From contig NZ_CP042911.1 in the NCBI RefSeq assembly GCF_008065095.1, forward strand, positions 5,190,001 to 5,222,000: a stretch of DNA of 32,000 nt, read 5' to 3'. The translations under genes and the position numbers were made by a program. How positions within the stretch are numbered: position 1 is the stretch's first letter; every line of letters begins with the position of its first letter. Below the pieces are notes generated by a model. The model saw only the letters and a list, made by a program, of their open reading frames with translations, was not told the DNA's origin and ran no database searches. The DNA is from Gemmata obscuriglobus. Its GTDB lineage: Bacteria > Planctomycetota > Planctomycetia > Gemmatales > Gemmataceae. Shown one piece after another: positions 22,437-30,247 of this stretch.

Positions 22437-22987
22437 ACTTGGTTCCGAGCGCTGCGCACCGCGTTCGAGCTTCCTTGATTGGCCTTTAACGCCAGCCATT
22501 GTTGTGCGTGGCTGGGCTCGGGGCCGAGGAAAGTATCCAGCAGTCGATCACCGCGGACGAGCACGAAACACGCCCGGCCGTCGGTACTTGTGACCCGCCG
22601 CACCTCATCCCCGGATCGGCGGCCGGTCAGGAGCGACTTCCAGAAGTAGTCGTAAGGCATCAACCCGAGCGACGCAAACTGTGCCGTGAGCGCGTCGAGC
22701 TCTTTTTCCGGCACGACCTCGCCCCAAGCTTCGGGCGGTACCACGCACGGGCGCTGCCACGGCGATTCAAACGAGCGGCACAGGGCGGTATCGCAAGCGG
22801 AACACCGGCCCCGCCACGCCGAGTGAAACTCGCTGTGGAACCAACAATCGACCTGAATCACCTCACCGCCACAGATCGGGCACAATTCACCGGGCTTCTT
22901 CGGTGGCGGCGGACCGAGACCGTACCGCACGGGCAGCGCCACCGGTGGCGCGGGACGCTTCGATCGGAGCCAGCCGAACAGCCTCAT
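22394..22987 (-). CDS. hypothetical protein with N-terminal Cys-rich (zinc-ribbon-like) region
   Basis: 197-aa track ORF with ATG 6 nt after GAGGG. Has CPICGG...CSAC. It is the only ORF that reads through the attC in the PNPALHLTPP frame, stopping in the loop. Confidence 0.55.
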   Translation of the reverse strand: MRLFGWLRSKRPAPPVALPVRYGLGPPPPKKPGELCPICGGEVIQVDCWFHSEFHSAWRGRCSACDTALCRSFESPWQRPCVVPPEAWGEVVPEKELDALTAQFASLGLMPYDYFWKSLLTGRRSGDEVRRVTSTDGRACFVLVRGDRLLDTFLGPEPSHAQQWLALKANQGSSNAVRSARNQVPNPALHLTPPSAL

Positions 22988-23003
22988 CCCGTGCCCTCGG
23001 GTG

Positions 23004-23094
23004 GCCGAACGAACAGCTCACCTGCACCGCCATCACACGATGAGCGGTGCGTCACAATACAGCGGGCGGTGTCAGGTGCAGCGCCGGGTTCGGC
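23004..23094 (-). other. attC: attC recombination site (type A)
   Basis: 91 bp; canonical type A boxes. Confidence 0.85.
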
Positions 23095-23451
23095 TCGCTG
23101 CCGTCCGCGGTTCCGGGCGACACGCCGAGCGCCGCGCATCTGCGGATGCCCGCGGCACCGGTGCGACCGGGCGGAGTGCTACCGACTCGATGCGCCGTGT
23201 CCCGGCCCATCGAGGGCCACGCCCACCGCTACACGCGGCGACGAGCCGCGCCCCTACCCACGGGCACCACGCGGAGCGCCACCGACCCGAACCGCCGTGT
23301 CCCCACACACCGCCGGCCACGCCCAACCGCACCTCGCGGCGACGAGCCGCGCCAGCACCGACCGGCACCACGCGAAGCCCGACACGCGAGACTCACCACC
23401 GCGGACCACACGCTCAGCGCCGCCGCACGCGCCCTCATGCCCTCGGGGGTT
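23095..23451 (-). repeat. ORF-less repetitive cassette, R family, 2 units
   Basis: 357 bp; R head, two units, R tail. Confidence 0.75.
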
Positions 23452-23539
23452 GCCGAACTTCGGAGCTCAGGCGCGCGCGGCTGGATAAAGCTGCGCTCCC
23501 GAGCCGCGACCGCGCGTCGCCTGCAGCGTCTGGTTCGGC
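23452..23539 (-). other. attC: attC recombination site, divergent type C
   Basis: 88 bp. GCCGAAC-N8-CAGGCGCGCGCGG...CCGCGCGtCGCCTG-N8-GTTCGGC. The unpaired T sits on the same arm as in type A. Confidence 0.6.
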
Positions 23540-23606
23540 GGCGCATCACACTTCGCAGGCTTTGCGAGGATGTGACGCACCCCGCGCCTGAGCTACGAGG
23601 TTCGGC
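23452..23606. repeat. 155-bp nested palindrome: type C attC plus a second, inverted copy of its left arm
   Basis: GCCGAACTTCGGAGCTCAGGCGCG (23452..23475) pairs with CGCGCCTGAGCTACGAGGTTCGGC (23583..23606), 22/24. An imperfect hairpin lies between them at about 23541..23580. Confidence 0.65.
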
Positions 23607-23749
23607 CTGGTCGCGCCGAGCCCCGAGTTCGCGGGACCACCACCCCGGGCCGGGTTCCGGGGCGGCGCCGTCGCGCTTGGGAGGGGGGCGACGGGTCCCC
23701 ACACTGTGCCGCACCGGAACCCGCGGTTGCAGAGAACCGGCGCGACCAG
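23540..23749 (-). other. short ORF-less cassette, type C content, dominated by a ~145-nt hairpin
   Basis: No credible ORF. Perfect 13-bp closing stem CCTGGTCGCGCCG (23606..23618) / CGGCGCGACCAGG (23738..23750), with further internal pairing such as CCGGGTTCCGG / CCGGAACCCG. Confidence 0.55.
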
Positions 23750-23840
23750 GCCGAACGAACAGCTCACCTGCACCGCCATCACCGGATGAGCGGTGCGTCC
23801 CAAACCCGATGGCGGTGTCAGGTGCAGCGCCGGGTTCGGC
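23750..23840 (-). other. attC: attC recombination site (type A)
   Basis: 91 bp; canonical type A boxes. Confidence 0.85.
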
Positions 23841-23842
23841 TT

Positions 23843-24256
23843 CTATCGAGCTGCTGGGAAGTCCGAAAACGAAGCCGTCACGAACACCAGCGCGCCGTCC
23901 GCGGTTGAGCGGAAGCCCAGCAGCATCGTACCCGTTGGCGTGTCAATTACGCCCAGGTGGTACACCAGTTCCTCGGAAAGCAGGTGATAACCACTGGCCC
24001 CATTCCGGACGACCGACACACGGTACCCACCGACCAGAGCCGGCTGATGTCGGAGGAGCCAATCGACTGTTCCCGCGTCCCCGCGGAGCAGCGGCTCGAC
24101 GGCCAGCGCGGTGCGATCGGACGCGACAACCGCAGCGGCCACGCGCTCTGTTGCCGCGATGGCTTCAGGTGGGGCGGCGGAGCGCTGACGAACCGCCACG
24201 ACGGCCACGACCGAGAGGGTGGTGGCAACCGCCAGGACCGCGACGCGGGATCGCAT
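23843..24256 (-). CDS. small exported or membrane-anchored protein (hypothetical)
   Basis: The C-terminal 137 codons of chimeric track ORF 23843..24826, trimmed to ATG 24256 (AGAGGG 7 nt upstream). N-terminus MRSRVAVLAVATTLSVVAVVAV is hydrophobic. Confidence 0.55.
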   Translation of the reverse strand: MRSRVAVLAVATTLSVVAVVAVRQRSAAPPEAIAATERVAAAVVASDRTALAVEPLLRGDAGTVDWLLRHQPALVGGYRVSVVRNGASGYHLLSEELVYHLGVIDTPTGTMLLGFRSTADGALVFVTASFSDFPAAR

Positions 24257-24274
24257 TCTTGCGCCCTCTGGGTT

Positions 24275-24365
24275 GCCGAACATAAAGCTCACCTGCACCG
24301 CCATCACCCGATGAGCGATGCGTCCCGAATCAGATGGCGGTGTCAGGTGCAGCGCCGGGTTCGGC
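24275..24365 (-). other. attC: attC recombination site (type A)
   Basis: 91 bp; canonical type A boxes. Confidence 0.85.
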
Positions 24366-24371
24366 GTGCCT

Positions 24372-24863
24372 TTACTCGGGCGGATGGCTGACCAGCTCGC
24401 GAAGTAGCGCCGCCTGTGCCGCCAACTCCGCAACCCGTGCTGCCTCGAACGCCTCGTCGTACCGCTCCGCATTGGCCTCGCCCGCGGCACATCCGACGGC
24501 CGATGCCGCGCAGGATGTGGCGGCCAGCACGTTGGATGCCGAGCGGGGCCAGACCGACGACGCATCGACGGCGGCCGATGCCGCATACCCGCGAGCGTCC
24601 GGGGCCGAGTGACCGGGGAACGCTTCCTGGGCCTCGCCGCCCGCGACGGCAACTGCGGACGCCAACTCCGACACGCCGATACGCCCCGCCGCGAACCGCT
24701 CAGACGCGTCGACAGCGGCTCGGCAGCCTGGCGGGAGCAAGTGCCAGGCGCGGCGGACACACCCCGCCGCAAATAGCCGCAGTTCGCGCTGGTAGCGGTC
24801 GGCAGGCATCGCCCGTACCATCGCATCGGGATCGAGACACGCCCACCAGTCTGAGGCTGTCAC
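24372..24863 (-). CDS. alanine-rich alpha-helical hypothetical protein (N-domain family)
   Basis: Track ORF 24372..24932 trimmed to GTG 24863 (GAGGG 10 nt upstream). The DWWACLDPDAMVRAM...RELRLFAAGCVRRAWHLL block is shared with 7579..8100 and loosely with 8216..8908. Confidence 0.55.
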   Translation of the reverse strand: MTASDWWACLDPDAMVRAMPADRYQRELRLFAAGCVRRAWHLLPPGCRAAVDASERFAAGRIGVSELASAVAVAGGEAQEAFPGHSAPDARGYAASAAVDASSVWPRSASNVLAATSCAASAVGCAAGEANAERYDEAFEAARVAELAAQAALLRELVSHPPE

Positions 24864-24883
24864 CGCCGAAAAGCCCTCGGGTT

Positions 24884-24973
24884 GCCGAACATACAGCTCA
24901 CCTGCACCGCCAGGATACAGTGAGCACCACAACGGCGGCAGATGGCGGTGTCAGGTGCAGCGCCGGGTTCGGC
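24884..24973 (-). other. attC: attC recombination site (type A, loop subtype 2)
   Basis: 90 bp; loop AGGATACAGTGAGCACCACAACGGCGG. Confidence 0.85.
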
Positions 24974-25331
24974 TCGCTCGCCTCCGCGGTTCCGAGCGAC
25001 ACGTCCAGCGCCGCGCATCCGCGGAGCCCGGGCCACCGGTGCGGCCGAGCGGAGCAGCACCGACCCGACGCGCCGTGCGCGGCCCATCGGAGGCCGGCCA
25101 CCACCGCACCTCGCGGCGACGAGCCGCGCCCGCCCTGACGCGCGCCCCGCGGAGCACCACCGACCCGGACCGCCGTGTCCCCACCCGCCGACGGCCACGC
25201 CCAACCGCACCGCGCGGCGGCGAGCCGCGCCACACACCCACGGGCGCCACGCGGAGCGCCACACCACCGCCGGACGCCCCGCGGACCACACGCCCAGCTC
25301 TGCCGCACGCGCCCTCATGCACGCGATGGTA
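24974..25331 (-). repeat. ORF-less repetitive cassette, R family, 2 units
   Basis: 358 bp; R head, two units, R tail. Confidence 0.75.
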
Positions 25332-25422
25332 GCCGAACAAATAGCTCACCTGCACCGCCATCATCGGATGAGCGGCGGGGTCCGAATCACATGGCGGTGT
25401 CAGGTGCAGCGCCGGGTTCGGC
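25332..25422 (-). other. attC: attC recombination site (type A)
   Basis: 91 bp; canonical type A boxes. Confidence 0.85.
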
Positions 25423-25689
25423 TTCTTGCGGCGCCTCTGCCAGACCGCGCATCTGGTATCGACGAGGCCCCTCGACGGTGACCGCGGCCCCGCCTTCGCA
25501 GATGACATGCGTGCCGTAGGCCGACTCGACAACCGTCAGCGACGGCACCGCGTCCAACCCGACAGCGGTAACGACGCACTCCTCGCCGGGTCGAAGGGCG
25601 ACGCTGAAGTCGCTTGGGACGACCTCCACTAACCGGTCGGCCCCGCTGTCAGCGTCGTTGCACACACACAGGCGAACGACGAGGCTCAT
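25387..25689 (-). CDS. small hypothetical cassette protein
   Basis: Track ORF 25387..26037 trimmed to ATG 25689 (AGAGGG 9 nt upstream). 100 aa. The stop is in the attC loop. Confidence 0.5.
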   Translation of the reverse strand: MSLVVRLCVCNDADSGADRLVEVVPSDFSVALRPGEECVVTAVGLDAVPSLTVVESAYGTHVICEGGAAVTVEGPRRYQMRGLAEAPQEAEPGAAPDTAM

Positions 25690-25707
25690 CCGATGCGTCC
25701 CTCTGGT

Positions 25708-25798
25708 GCCGAACATAAAGCTCACCTGCACCGCCATCACCGGATGAGCGGTGCGCCCCGAATCAGCCGGCGGTGTCAGGTGCAGCGCCGGGTTCGGC
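25708..25798 (-). other. attC: attC recombination site (type A)
   Basis: 91 bp; canonical type A boxes. Confidence 0.85.
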
Positions 25799-26206
25799 GT
25801 TTGGGGATAACCCGGCGGCCAGGAACGCGGGGAACGAAGGGGCCATCTCGTGGATGCCGCCAAAGTCGTGATCCTCGACCAGCACTCGCCCGGACGAGAG
25901 CTCGATGCCGAACGGGTTGCCGCCGCCATCCCAACCGATGATGAACACTCCTCGCATGTGCCAGAACTCGTTGTCCGCTCGGAACTGGCGGTGCGAATCG
26001 GCCAACTCGGGCAGCCCGTCGATCCACTCGCCGTCACCGCCCACGCGCCCGCCGCACACCGTCAGGTACTCGCGGAACGCTGGCGGGATCGTCCCGAACT
26101 CGACCTCGAACGCCCGCAGGTCGCCCTCGGCGGCCGGCGGGTGGCGTTCCTCCTCAGGGCAGGCGTGCCACGCCGCGACAAGGAGTTGCCGCAGTCGCTC
26201 GTTCAC
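25763..26206 (-). CDS. SMI1/KNR4 (SUKH) family protein
   Basis: Track ORF 25763..26212 (TTG start) trimmed to GTG 26206, which is 7 nt after AGAGGG. GDLRAFEVEFGTIPPAFREYLTVCGG and FIIGWDGGGNPFGIE are typical SUKH blocks. The stop is in the attC loop. Confidence 0.75.
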   Translation of the reverse strand: MNERLRQLLVAAWHACPEEERHPPAAEGDLRAFEVEFGTIPPAFREYLTVCGGRVGGDGEWIDGLPELADSHRQFRADNEFWHMRGVFIIGWDGGGNPFGIELSSGRVLVEDHDFGGIHEMAPSFPAFLAAGLSPNAEPGAAPDTAG

Positions 26207-26222
26207 ATGCAAGCCCTCTGTG

Positions 26223-26314
26223 GCCGAACAATGAAGCTCACCTGCACCGCCATCATCGGATGAGCGGTGCGTCCCGCATCAGCCGGCGGTGTCAGGTGCA
26301 GCGCCGGGTTCGGC
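26223..26314 (-). other. attC: attC recombination site (type A)
   Basis: 92 bp (9-nt left spacer); canonical boxes. Confidence 0.85.
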
Positions 26315-26321
26315 GTCTGGG

Positions 26322-26777
26322 CTACCCCCGCCAGACCACCTGCACGCCGGCAAGCTCGATGCCGCCTGGCCCGGCGGCGAGTTGCCCGGCCTTGCGGTTG
26401 AGCAGGGCCGGCCCGAAGCACTCGCCGAACCCGACCCGCTCCCCGCAGTGCAGGAAGCTGACGTACGGCCAGCGGTAGAACGACCCCCGCACCTTCTCGG
26501 GGGCGTCTCGCCAGCCGAGCAACCGGCCGGGCCGGCCGCACTCCCGCACCCCGGCGTCCGTCACCTCCCACCACTGGAAGGTGCTGCCGTGGTCGAACTG
26601 CCCGCGCTCCAGGTCGCCGTCCGCGACTTGGTAGATGTACAGCGCGTCGAACGCGGCGAGGTCGGCGACGCGGACCCCGAATGAGTCGGCCACGTAGTCG
26701 AGGAAACGCGGCGTGCGGTGCCACGACCAGACGTCGGCCAGTGCCTCAGCGACCGAACGCGACGGCTGCGGCTCCAT
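26322..26777 (-). CDS. hypothetical cassette protein, 151 aa (copy 3 of 3)
   Basis: Differs from copies 1 and 2 by one residue (RPGQLLGW to RPGRLLGW) plus a few synonymous changes. Its downstream attC loop differs from that of copies 1 and 2. Confidence 0.65.
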   Translation of the reverse strand: MEPQPSRSVAEALADVWSWHRTPRFLDYVADSFGVRVADLAAFDALYIYQVADGDLERGQFDHGSTFQWWEVTDAGVRECGRPGRLLGWRDAPEKVRGSFYRWPYVSFLHCGERVGFGECFGPALLNRKAGQLAAGPGGIELAGVQVVWRG

Positions 26778-26797
26778 CGGTCGAGCGCCCTCGGGTG

Positions 26798-26888
26798 GCC
26801 GAACAATGAGCTCACCTGCACCGCCATCACCGGCTGAGCGATGCGTTCCAGATCAGCGGGCGGTGTCAGGTGCAGCGCCGGGTTCGGC
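26798..26888 (-). other. attC: attC recombination site (type A)
   Basis: 91 bp; canonical type A boxes. Confidence 0.85.
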
Positions 26889-26894
26889 TTGCCT

Positions 26895-27368
26895 TTACTC
26901 GCCGGCCAGTTGCACCCGTAGCCGCTCCAGCCGCTCGCTCACCTCGCCAACCCCGTAGTACCCGTCCAAGCACTCGGCGAGTACCCTCTCGATGAGCATC
27001 GCGTACTTGCCGTCCTGCGGGTTGGACCTGGCCTGTGCCTCGGCCACCCGCGCGAGCGGCCAGACGGCCAGCTGCCCGCCCGGCTCCCCGGCCCGCAGCC
27101 ACAGACCGCCGACGCTGCACCGCGCCCACGCGAGGCCGCTCTGACGGGCCAGCACTCGGCCCCACACCAGGGCCGCCGCCGGCAACCCGCCGGGCGGGTA
27201 GGCGAGTGACTCGTAGTCGAGGTAGTCCAGCGCCCGGATGTCACCAAGCCCCCCGTCGAACGGGGCCGGGAACGGCATCGCCCGGAGCGAGCCCCACAGG
27301 GATCGGAACTCGTCTGCGGCTCGCTCGATGTCGGCGAGGTCACCATCGGTCCCTGGCGAGAACTCCAT
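26895..27368 (-). CDS. hypothetical cassette protein
   Basis: Track ORF 26895..27371 (GTG start). ATG 27368 is preferred, 4 nt after GGAGGG. Confidence 0.6.
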   Translation of the reverse strand: MEFSPGTDGDLADIERAADEFRSLWGSLRAMPFPAPFDGGLGDIRALDYLDYESLAYPPGGLPAAALVWGRVLARQSGLAWARCSVGGLWLRAGEPGGQLAVWPLARVAEAQARSNPQDGKYAMLIERVLAECLDGYYGVGEVSERLERLRVQLAGE

Positions 27369-27393
27369 CACGCCCTCCGATCCCGCCTCCGAC

Positions 27394-27484
27394 GCCGAAC
27401 GAACAGCTCACCTGCACCGCCATCATCGGATGAGCGGTGCGTCCCGAATCAGCCGGCGGTGTCAGGTGCAGCGCCGGGTTCGGC
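27394..27484 (-). other. attC: attC recombination site (type A)
   Basis: 91 bp; canonical type A boxes. Confidence 0.85.
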
Positions 27485-27517
27485 CTGTACCGTTAACAAC
27501 GGGGTCTGGTTCGGGCA

Positions 27518-28003
27518 CTACCCTTGGTCGTAGCCCAGAAAGTTGATTCGGGTGTCATCTCCCCAAAGGACGCCCCAGTGGTTCACGTCGCTCGCGCACT
27601 CGAACAAGATACGGTCTCCGGGGTGGCATAACGGCTGAAAGTCCTGACGGTGCTGGGCAATGAAAGCCGCTGCCGCCGGGCGGAGCAGTGTCGGCCCTTC
27701 AGCGGCGGTTAGCAGCCAACCGAGTTCCGCCGCCCATTCCGTGTTATTAGCCGCCTCTTCAAGGGATTGCGCTTCCAACCCCGCAACCACCTCCGCCCAT
27801 AACTCTGGAGTGGCCAGGAGGGAGGCCGACAAATGGTCGATTATGCCGATCCCCCCGCTGAAAAAGGAGAGGTCGTACAATACTTCACCGGAAGGTGGGC
27901 GGGAGAGGCGGAGTACCCGCGCGAGCGCCTCTGGCCCGTACCCCGGTTGGACATCGGTGTAGCGGAACCGCCGTTCCACCCCGTCATAAGGATGCAGGTC
28001 CAC
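27518..28003 (-). CDS. hypothetical cassette protein
   Basis: 161-aa track ORF with a GTG start 6 nt after GAGGG. Visibly less GC-rich than its neighbours. Confidence 0.6.
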   Translation of the reverse strand: MDLHPYDGVERRFRYTDVQPGYGPEALARVLRLSRPPSGEVLYDLSFFSGGIGIIDHLSASLLATPELWAEVVAGLEAQSLEEAANNTEWAAELGWLLTAAEGPTLLRPAAAAFIAQHRQDFQPLCHPGDRILFECASDVNHWGVLWGDDTRINFLGYDQG

Positions 28004-28033
28004 CTCTCGCCCTCACCCTCCGCGCCTCCGGTT

Positions 28034-28124
28034 GCCGAACATAAAGCTCACCTGCACCGCCATGATGCAGGCCGCAATGCGTTACAAATCAGCCGGCGGT
28101 GTCAGGTGCAGCGCCGGGTTCGGC
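28034..28124 (-). other. attC: attC recombination site (type A)
   Basis: 91 bp; loop ATGATGCAGGCCGCAATGCG. Confidence 0.85.
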
Positions 28125-28149
28125 CGGGCGCCCGGACCGGCGGCGCCAG

Positions 28150-28623
28150 CTAGTGGTTGGCGGCGATGGCCAGCTCGACGTCCGGGGCGGCGCCCACCGC
28201 CCACCGCCCTTCGAACTCGAGGCGGTACACGCGGTTGGTCGGGAGCGTGTTCGCCTCGATCGTCGCCGACCACTTCCCGCCCGCGTACTTCGGGCTGACG
28301 CTGACGACCTCCTCCTTCCCGCCGTCGAGCCCGGGCAGCACAACCCGGATCGCCTGGACGGCCGGGCGGCCCTGCGCGCCGGTGCCGCTGATGACGATCG
28401 CGTGCCCGGCGGCCGACGCGCCGATGTGCACGCGCAGCTTGCCCGGCGGCTCCTCGCGCGGCGGGACGGCCTCGGCCTGTGCGAACGGGGCTGTCTGCGG
28501 CCTGTCGTCCTTGTCCGTGTACGAGACGGAGACGACCGCGAACGGGGGTGCGGCGGCGTCCTTCGGGACCGGCGCGGCGCAGGTCAGTGGCGCCGCGGCG
28601 ATGAGGAACCACATCGGGTTCAT
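28150..28623 (-). CDS. secreted hypothetical protein
   Basis: Track ORF 28150..28695 trimmed to ATG 28623 (AAGGAGG 8 nt upstream). Signal-peptide-like MNPMWFLIAAAPLTCAAPVPKD. Confidence 0.6.
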   Translation of the reverse strand: MNPMWFLIAAAPLTCAAPVPKDAAAPPFAVVSVSYTDKDDRPQTAPFAQAEAVPPREEPPGKLRVHIGASAAGHAIVISGTGAQGRPAVQAIRVVLPGLDGGKEEVVSVSPKYAGGKWSATIEANTLPTNRVYRLEFEGRWAVGAAPDVELAIAANH

Positions 28624-28640
28624 GGTCGGGGCCTCCTTCA

Positions 28641-28731
28641 GCCGAACATAAAGCTCACCTGCACCGCCATCACCGGATGAGCGGTGCGTCCCCATTCAGC
28701 GGGCGGTGTCAGGTGCAGCGCCGGGTTCGGC
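28641..28731 (-). other. attC: attC recombination site (type A)
   Basis: 91 bp; canonical type A boxes. Confidence 0.85.
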
Positions 28732-28757
28732 TTCTTGGCGCTGCCAGGAGCTACGGG

Positions 28758-29372
28758 TCAATGCTCCGCCGGACCGGGGGTAAAGGTTTTGAGTAGCTTC
28801 GCCCGCTCCTTGATCGGACCGCCGGTGCTCTTCACCAACCCGACCACGGGGGCGTACCAGTTGGTTTCGGTCCACTCGAGCGTGTCGCCGGTGTACGCAC
28901 GGGTCTCGACCTTCACGCAGTCGAAGGTACCCGCCGGAACCTTGATCCGTTCCTCCACGACCACTCGCGTGACGGTCCGGTCGAACGCCAAGGCGGTGTG
29001 CTTTCTCTCCCAGACGTCCCCGACGCGCGGTGGAAACTTCAGCAGTAGAAATCCGGGAGCATCTCCAGCCATCTCCCACAAGCACCCGTCGCGGACGATG
29101 AGCCTCGTAGCGTTGATGGTAGACGTCTCCATCCCTTCGATCACACACTCAAAGGTACTGCGAATGTGGATCATCGGGTCTCCCCTCCTTAGCCCGACTT
29201 CGGCGATAGTGTCTGTCGTCAGGCCGTTTCTCCGCCCCGCCGTCTCGTACACCCACTCCGTTCCGACTAGGGTCGGGAACTGCCAATTTGGCTTCCGCGC
29301 CTCCTTTGGCACTGGAGCCGCGGCAACAACGCTCGCGAGGATTAATAGCGCGATCGCCAAGAGTTGCCTCAT
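28758..29372 (-). CDS. secreted hypothetical protein
   Basis: Track ORF 28758..29378 (GTG start). ATG 29372 is preferred, 5 nt after GAGGAG. Signal-peptide-like MRQLLAIALLILASVVAAAPVPKE. Lower GC than the array average. Has an unusually long leader of about 76 nt. Confidence 0.65.
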   Translation of the reverse strand: MRQLLAIALLILASVVAAAPVPKEARKPNWQFPTLVGTEWVYETAGRRNGLTTDTIAEVGLRRGDPMIHIRSTFECVIEGMETSTINATRLIVRDGCLWEMAGDAPGFLLLKFPPRVGDVWERKHTALAFDRTVTRVVVEERIKVPAGTFDCVKVETRAYTGDTLEWTETNWYAPVVGLVKSTGGPIKERAKLLKTFTPGPAEH

Positions 29373-29448
29373 CGCCACTCCTCAACGGGAGACACACTTG
29401 CACATGAAGTTCTGGGGGAGGCCGACAATCCACCGGTGCCCTTTGTGT

Positions 29449-29539
29449 GCCGAACGGCGGAGTTCAGCTGCGAGCGGACCCGGTATGCGGTCCGTCCCTG
29501 TAGCGACCTTGGGCTCGCTGCTGCAACTTAGGGTTCGGG
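29449..29539 (-). other. attC: attC recombination site, divergent type D
   Basis: 91 bp. GCCGAAC-N7-GTTCAGCTGCGAGC...GCTCGCTGCTGCAAC-N5-GTTCGGG. The arms are imperfectly complementary with an extra base on the right arm. Confidence 0.5.
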
Positions 29540-29591
29540 TGCGTGGCGGGGCGGATGAAGCCCCGCTCGCAGTTGAGCTCCGCCGTTCGGC
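29449..29591. repeat. 143-bp nested palindrome: type D attC plus a second, inverted copy of its left arm
   Basis: GCCGAACGGCGGAGTTCAGCTGC (29449..29471) pairs with GCAGTTGAGCTCCGCCGTTCGGC (29569..29591), 21/23. A perfect 7-bp hairpin GCGGGGC-GGATGAA-GCCCCGC sits between them at 29546..29566. Confidence 0.65.
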
Positions 29592-29730
29592 CGCGTGCCC
29601 CCGGACGCCCCGTAGCTGAACCCACCCAGACCGCCTTCGCCGCAGGGGTCGGCGCGGGCGGTGCCACCTACTCGGATCGGGGAGGGGCCACCCGCCGGTC
29701 GCGCCGACCCTCTGCGGGTCACGCCACGCG
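29540..29730 (-). other. short ORF-less cassette, type D content, with a 78-nt hairpin
   Basis: No credible ORF. CCGCAGGGGTCGGCGCG (29640..29656) pairs with CGCGCCGACCCTCTGCGG (29700..29717) with one bulge. Confidence 0.55.
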
Positions 29731-29821
29731 GCCGAACGAACAGCTCACCTGCACCGCCATCACCCGATAAGCGATGCGTCCCGGAACAGATGGCGGTGTC
29801 AGGTGCAGCGCCGGGTTCGGC
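29731..29821 (-). other. attC: attC recombination site (type A)
   Basis: 91 bp; canonical type A boxes. Confidence 0.85.
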
Positions 29822-30156
29822 TTCTGCGCCCACCGTCGCGGTTCCGCGGAGCCCGCGCTCGTACCGCGGATCCGCGGAGCCACCACCGACCCGCACCACC
29901 GTGCCGCGGTACACCGGAGGCCACCCCCCACCTCACCTCGCGGCGACGAGCCGCGCCCGCCCTAACGCGCACCACGCGGAGCACCACCGACCCGACCCGC
30001 CGTGTCCCGAGGCACCGCCAGCCGCGCCCAACCGCACCTCGCGGCGACGAGCCGCGCCCACCCCGACCGGCACCACGCGGAGCCCGACGCGCCGGCGTCA
30101 CCTTCGCGGATCACACGCCCACCGCCGCCGCACGCGCGATCGAGCGCCTCGGGGTT
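29822..30156 (-). repeat. ORF-less repetitive cassette, R family, 2 units
   Basis: 335 bp; TTCTGCGC-type head; two units; R tail. Confidence 0.75.
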
Positions 30157-30247
30157 GCCGAACAAACAGCTCACCTGCACCGCCATCACCGGATGAGCGA
30201 TGCGCCTCAAATCAGATGGCGGTGTCAGGTGCAGCGCCGGGTTCGGC
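30157..30247 (-). other. attC: attC recombination site (type A)
   Basis: 91 bp; canonical type A boxes. Confidence 0.85.

Noticed and set aside
29546-29566. A shared GATGA-type loop on GC stems in three contexts. These are the attC central hairpin CACCG-GATGAG-CGGTG, the R-unit hairpin CGCGGC-GATGA-GCCGCG, and the type D hairpin GCGGGGC-GGATGAA-GCCCCGC. It might be a common protein or RNA recognition motif.
   Set aside because: The motif is only 5 nt. The R-unit loop is as often GACGA, GGTGA, GGCGA or GAAGA, and many attC loops vary at these positions. Too weak to claim without statistics.
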